Assembly (NCBI GenBank): GCA_016748015.1 | Contig: JAAOMT010000659.1 | Span: 246,806-310,805, forward strand | Direction: 5' to 3' | DNA: 64,000 nt | From: Geosiphon pyriformis uo1 | Taxonomy: Eukaryota > Fungi > Glomeromycota | Shown: positions 62,325-64,000 of the stretch, in pieces | Layout of the letters: each line of letters begins with the position of its first letter | Position numbering within the stretch: the stretch's first letter is position 1 | Position numbers and translations under genes: made by a program | The notes under the pieces: model-generated | Database searches by the model: none | Told to the model about the DNA's origin: nothing | Seen by the model: only the letters and a program-made list of their open reading frames with translations

Positions 62325-63315
62325 CCCGCCCCCATTTAGGATTTTATTTAAAGCTTTTAATAATTCCTATTTAAACCATTCAAAGGAGTTATTTAAAATT
62401 TTTGAGAAACCTCTTACAAAATTCAAAAAAGAATAGATTAAAGAAAGACGCGTATTACCGAAAGGAGATCATATATTTTGTTCACTTATAACAAAATTTC
62501 CTGACTCATGATTTTCATTTTTCACATCAAGAAAATAAACTTTGATTTCTTGATTTCTTGATTTCTTGGCAAAATATGTGGAGGTTGTGATGAAAAAGAA
62601 GAAGAAGAAGAATAAGAATAATAATAATAATAATAATAAAAAGAGGAAGAAGAAGAAGAAGAAGAATATGATAACGATGACGATGATGATGACGATTATG
62701 AAAATTATGATGATAAATTGTAATTCTTTTGGTCGTCGTGGAGATTCTAGTGCGAATTTTTATGTAATCAAAAGCTTTTGATTTAATACTCTCTCCTTTA
62801 AATTCCGTTACCCTTTGAATAACACCAATTTCTTTTAACCCGATAATTAAACCTCATATCACACATTTTTTCTCAAACTCGAAATTATTATCCTGATATT
62901 GAATTAGTACAACAACTCGTGAACACTTTTGAAAATTTCACAAAAAGCAGATGATTATTTTTTTTATTTTTTTATTTTTTTCACTAATTTCACAAAAATG
63001 TATGAAACTTTTCATTTCCATCAAAAGACAAATATATGACGCAATTTCAGTAACGTATTTTTATTTATTTTTTTCCAAAATTAAAATTAAAAAGATTCTT
63101 CTTATTCTTATTCTTCTTATTCTTCTTATTCTTATTTTTCTTATTCTTATTCTTCTTATTCAATACATCCTGACATTATATGTCACAGAAAATTGCAATT
63201 AATTTTAACTTGCAAATTTTTTATTTTTTTTAATATCCGATCAAAATTAAATTTCTTTGGTAATTTGTATTTTAAAGATGTGTGCATGCATTAATGCACA
63301 ATACCATGATTTACA

Positions 63316-63348
<33 letters not shown>

Positions 63349-63579
63349 ACATAGTTATTCCAATTTTTTCTGATAATAATGACACAGCATAGAATTTGAA
63401 ATCTGTACCAGTAATCAGGTACATTGATTTCAAATTTATCATTACATTCTTGTGATTAATTTTTTTTTTAATCATACTATTATCAAACCTTTTGATAACT
63501 CGCTAAAGATTTGATATAATTTAATCACTAATAATTTTGGTACGATTGTGATAACAAAAAAATATTCAATGATAATATT

Positions 63580-63608
63580 GTTGTTATTGCTGTCGCTTTT
63601 GCTGTTGC

Positions 63609-63660
<52 letters not shown>

Positions 63661-63690
63661 ATCGTTGTCGTTGTCGTTGTCGTTATTGAT
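63580..63690. repeat. (GTT)n microsatellite
   Basis: Seen directly. Confidence 0.9.
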
Positions 63691-63953
63691 ATTCTTATTC
63701 TTTGTATCACGGAAAGAAAGTTAGAATCATATGTCGCACGTTTATATAAGCTTTACCTCCTGAGCCATCATAATCATAATCATCATAATCATCATCTCAC
63801 CAATTTCTCACTTTCCCTTTAATCGTTAATCATGTTATAAATCTGTAATTTGAAAGAAATTATGATATTGAATGTTACAGGCTTTTGACCTTTCTATAAA
63901 GAAATTCTTTTTCAAATTAATTATGAAGTATACCTTTAGATTCTTTGAGTATT

Positions 63954-63990
<37 letters not shown>

Positions 63991-64000
63991 TAAGTTTTTA

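Noticed and set aside
53575-63710. Poly-L/V/H/Y/T/N/G ORFs in the ORF track
   Set aside because: They are translations of microsatellites.

Overview
AT-rich eukaryotic DNA, most likely from a Glomeromycotina (arbuscular-mycorrhiza/Geosiphon-like) fungus; this is inferred from gene structure and transposon style, not from a database match. (1) 1-~43.3 kb is a CpG-depleted block of decayed transposons. It holds Ty3/gypsy element A (1-8735, minus) inserted into an old LINE remnant, and a four-tier nest resolvable to the base: an APE-RT-RNase H LINE (~10.1-35.66 kb, plus) split by Ty3 element D (13899-32613), split by Ty3 element C (18331-26975), split by an A-family solo LTR (21859-22836). A decayed Sola-like DNA transposase and two more LINE 3' pieces follow. 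(2) 43.6-50.2 kb is a CpG-retaining gene island: BUB1 (4 exons), TCTP/TMA19 (5 exons, minus) and an intronless FAR1-domain gene that looks like a domesticated MULE lacking its catalytic core. (3) 50.3-64 kb has no recognisable genes, many microsatellites and a 244-N gap. Best candidate for an undescribed system: the three Ty3 elements, whose LTRs show no visible similarity, all lack a chromodomain and instead carry an apparently homologous, non-env third ORF of about 220 aa after the integrase. Two of them also carry a Cys-rich module plus a dUTPase between protease and RT. All alignments were done by eye; no searches were run.
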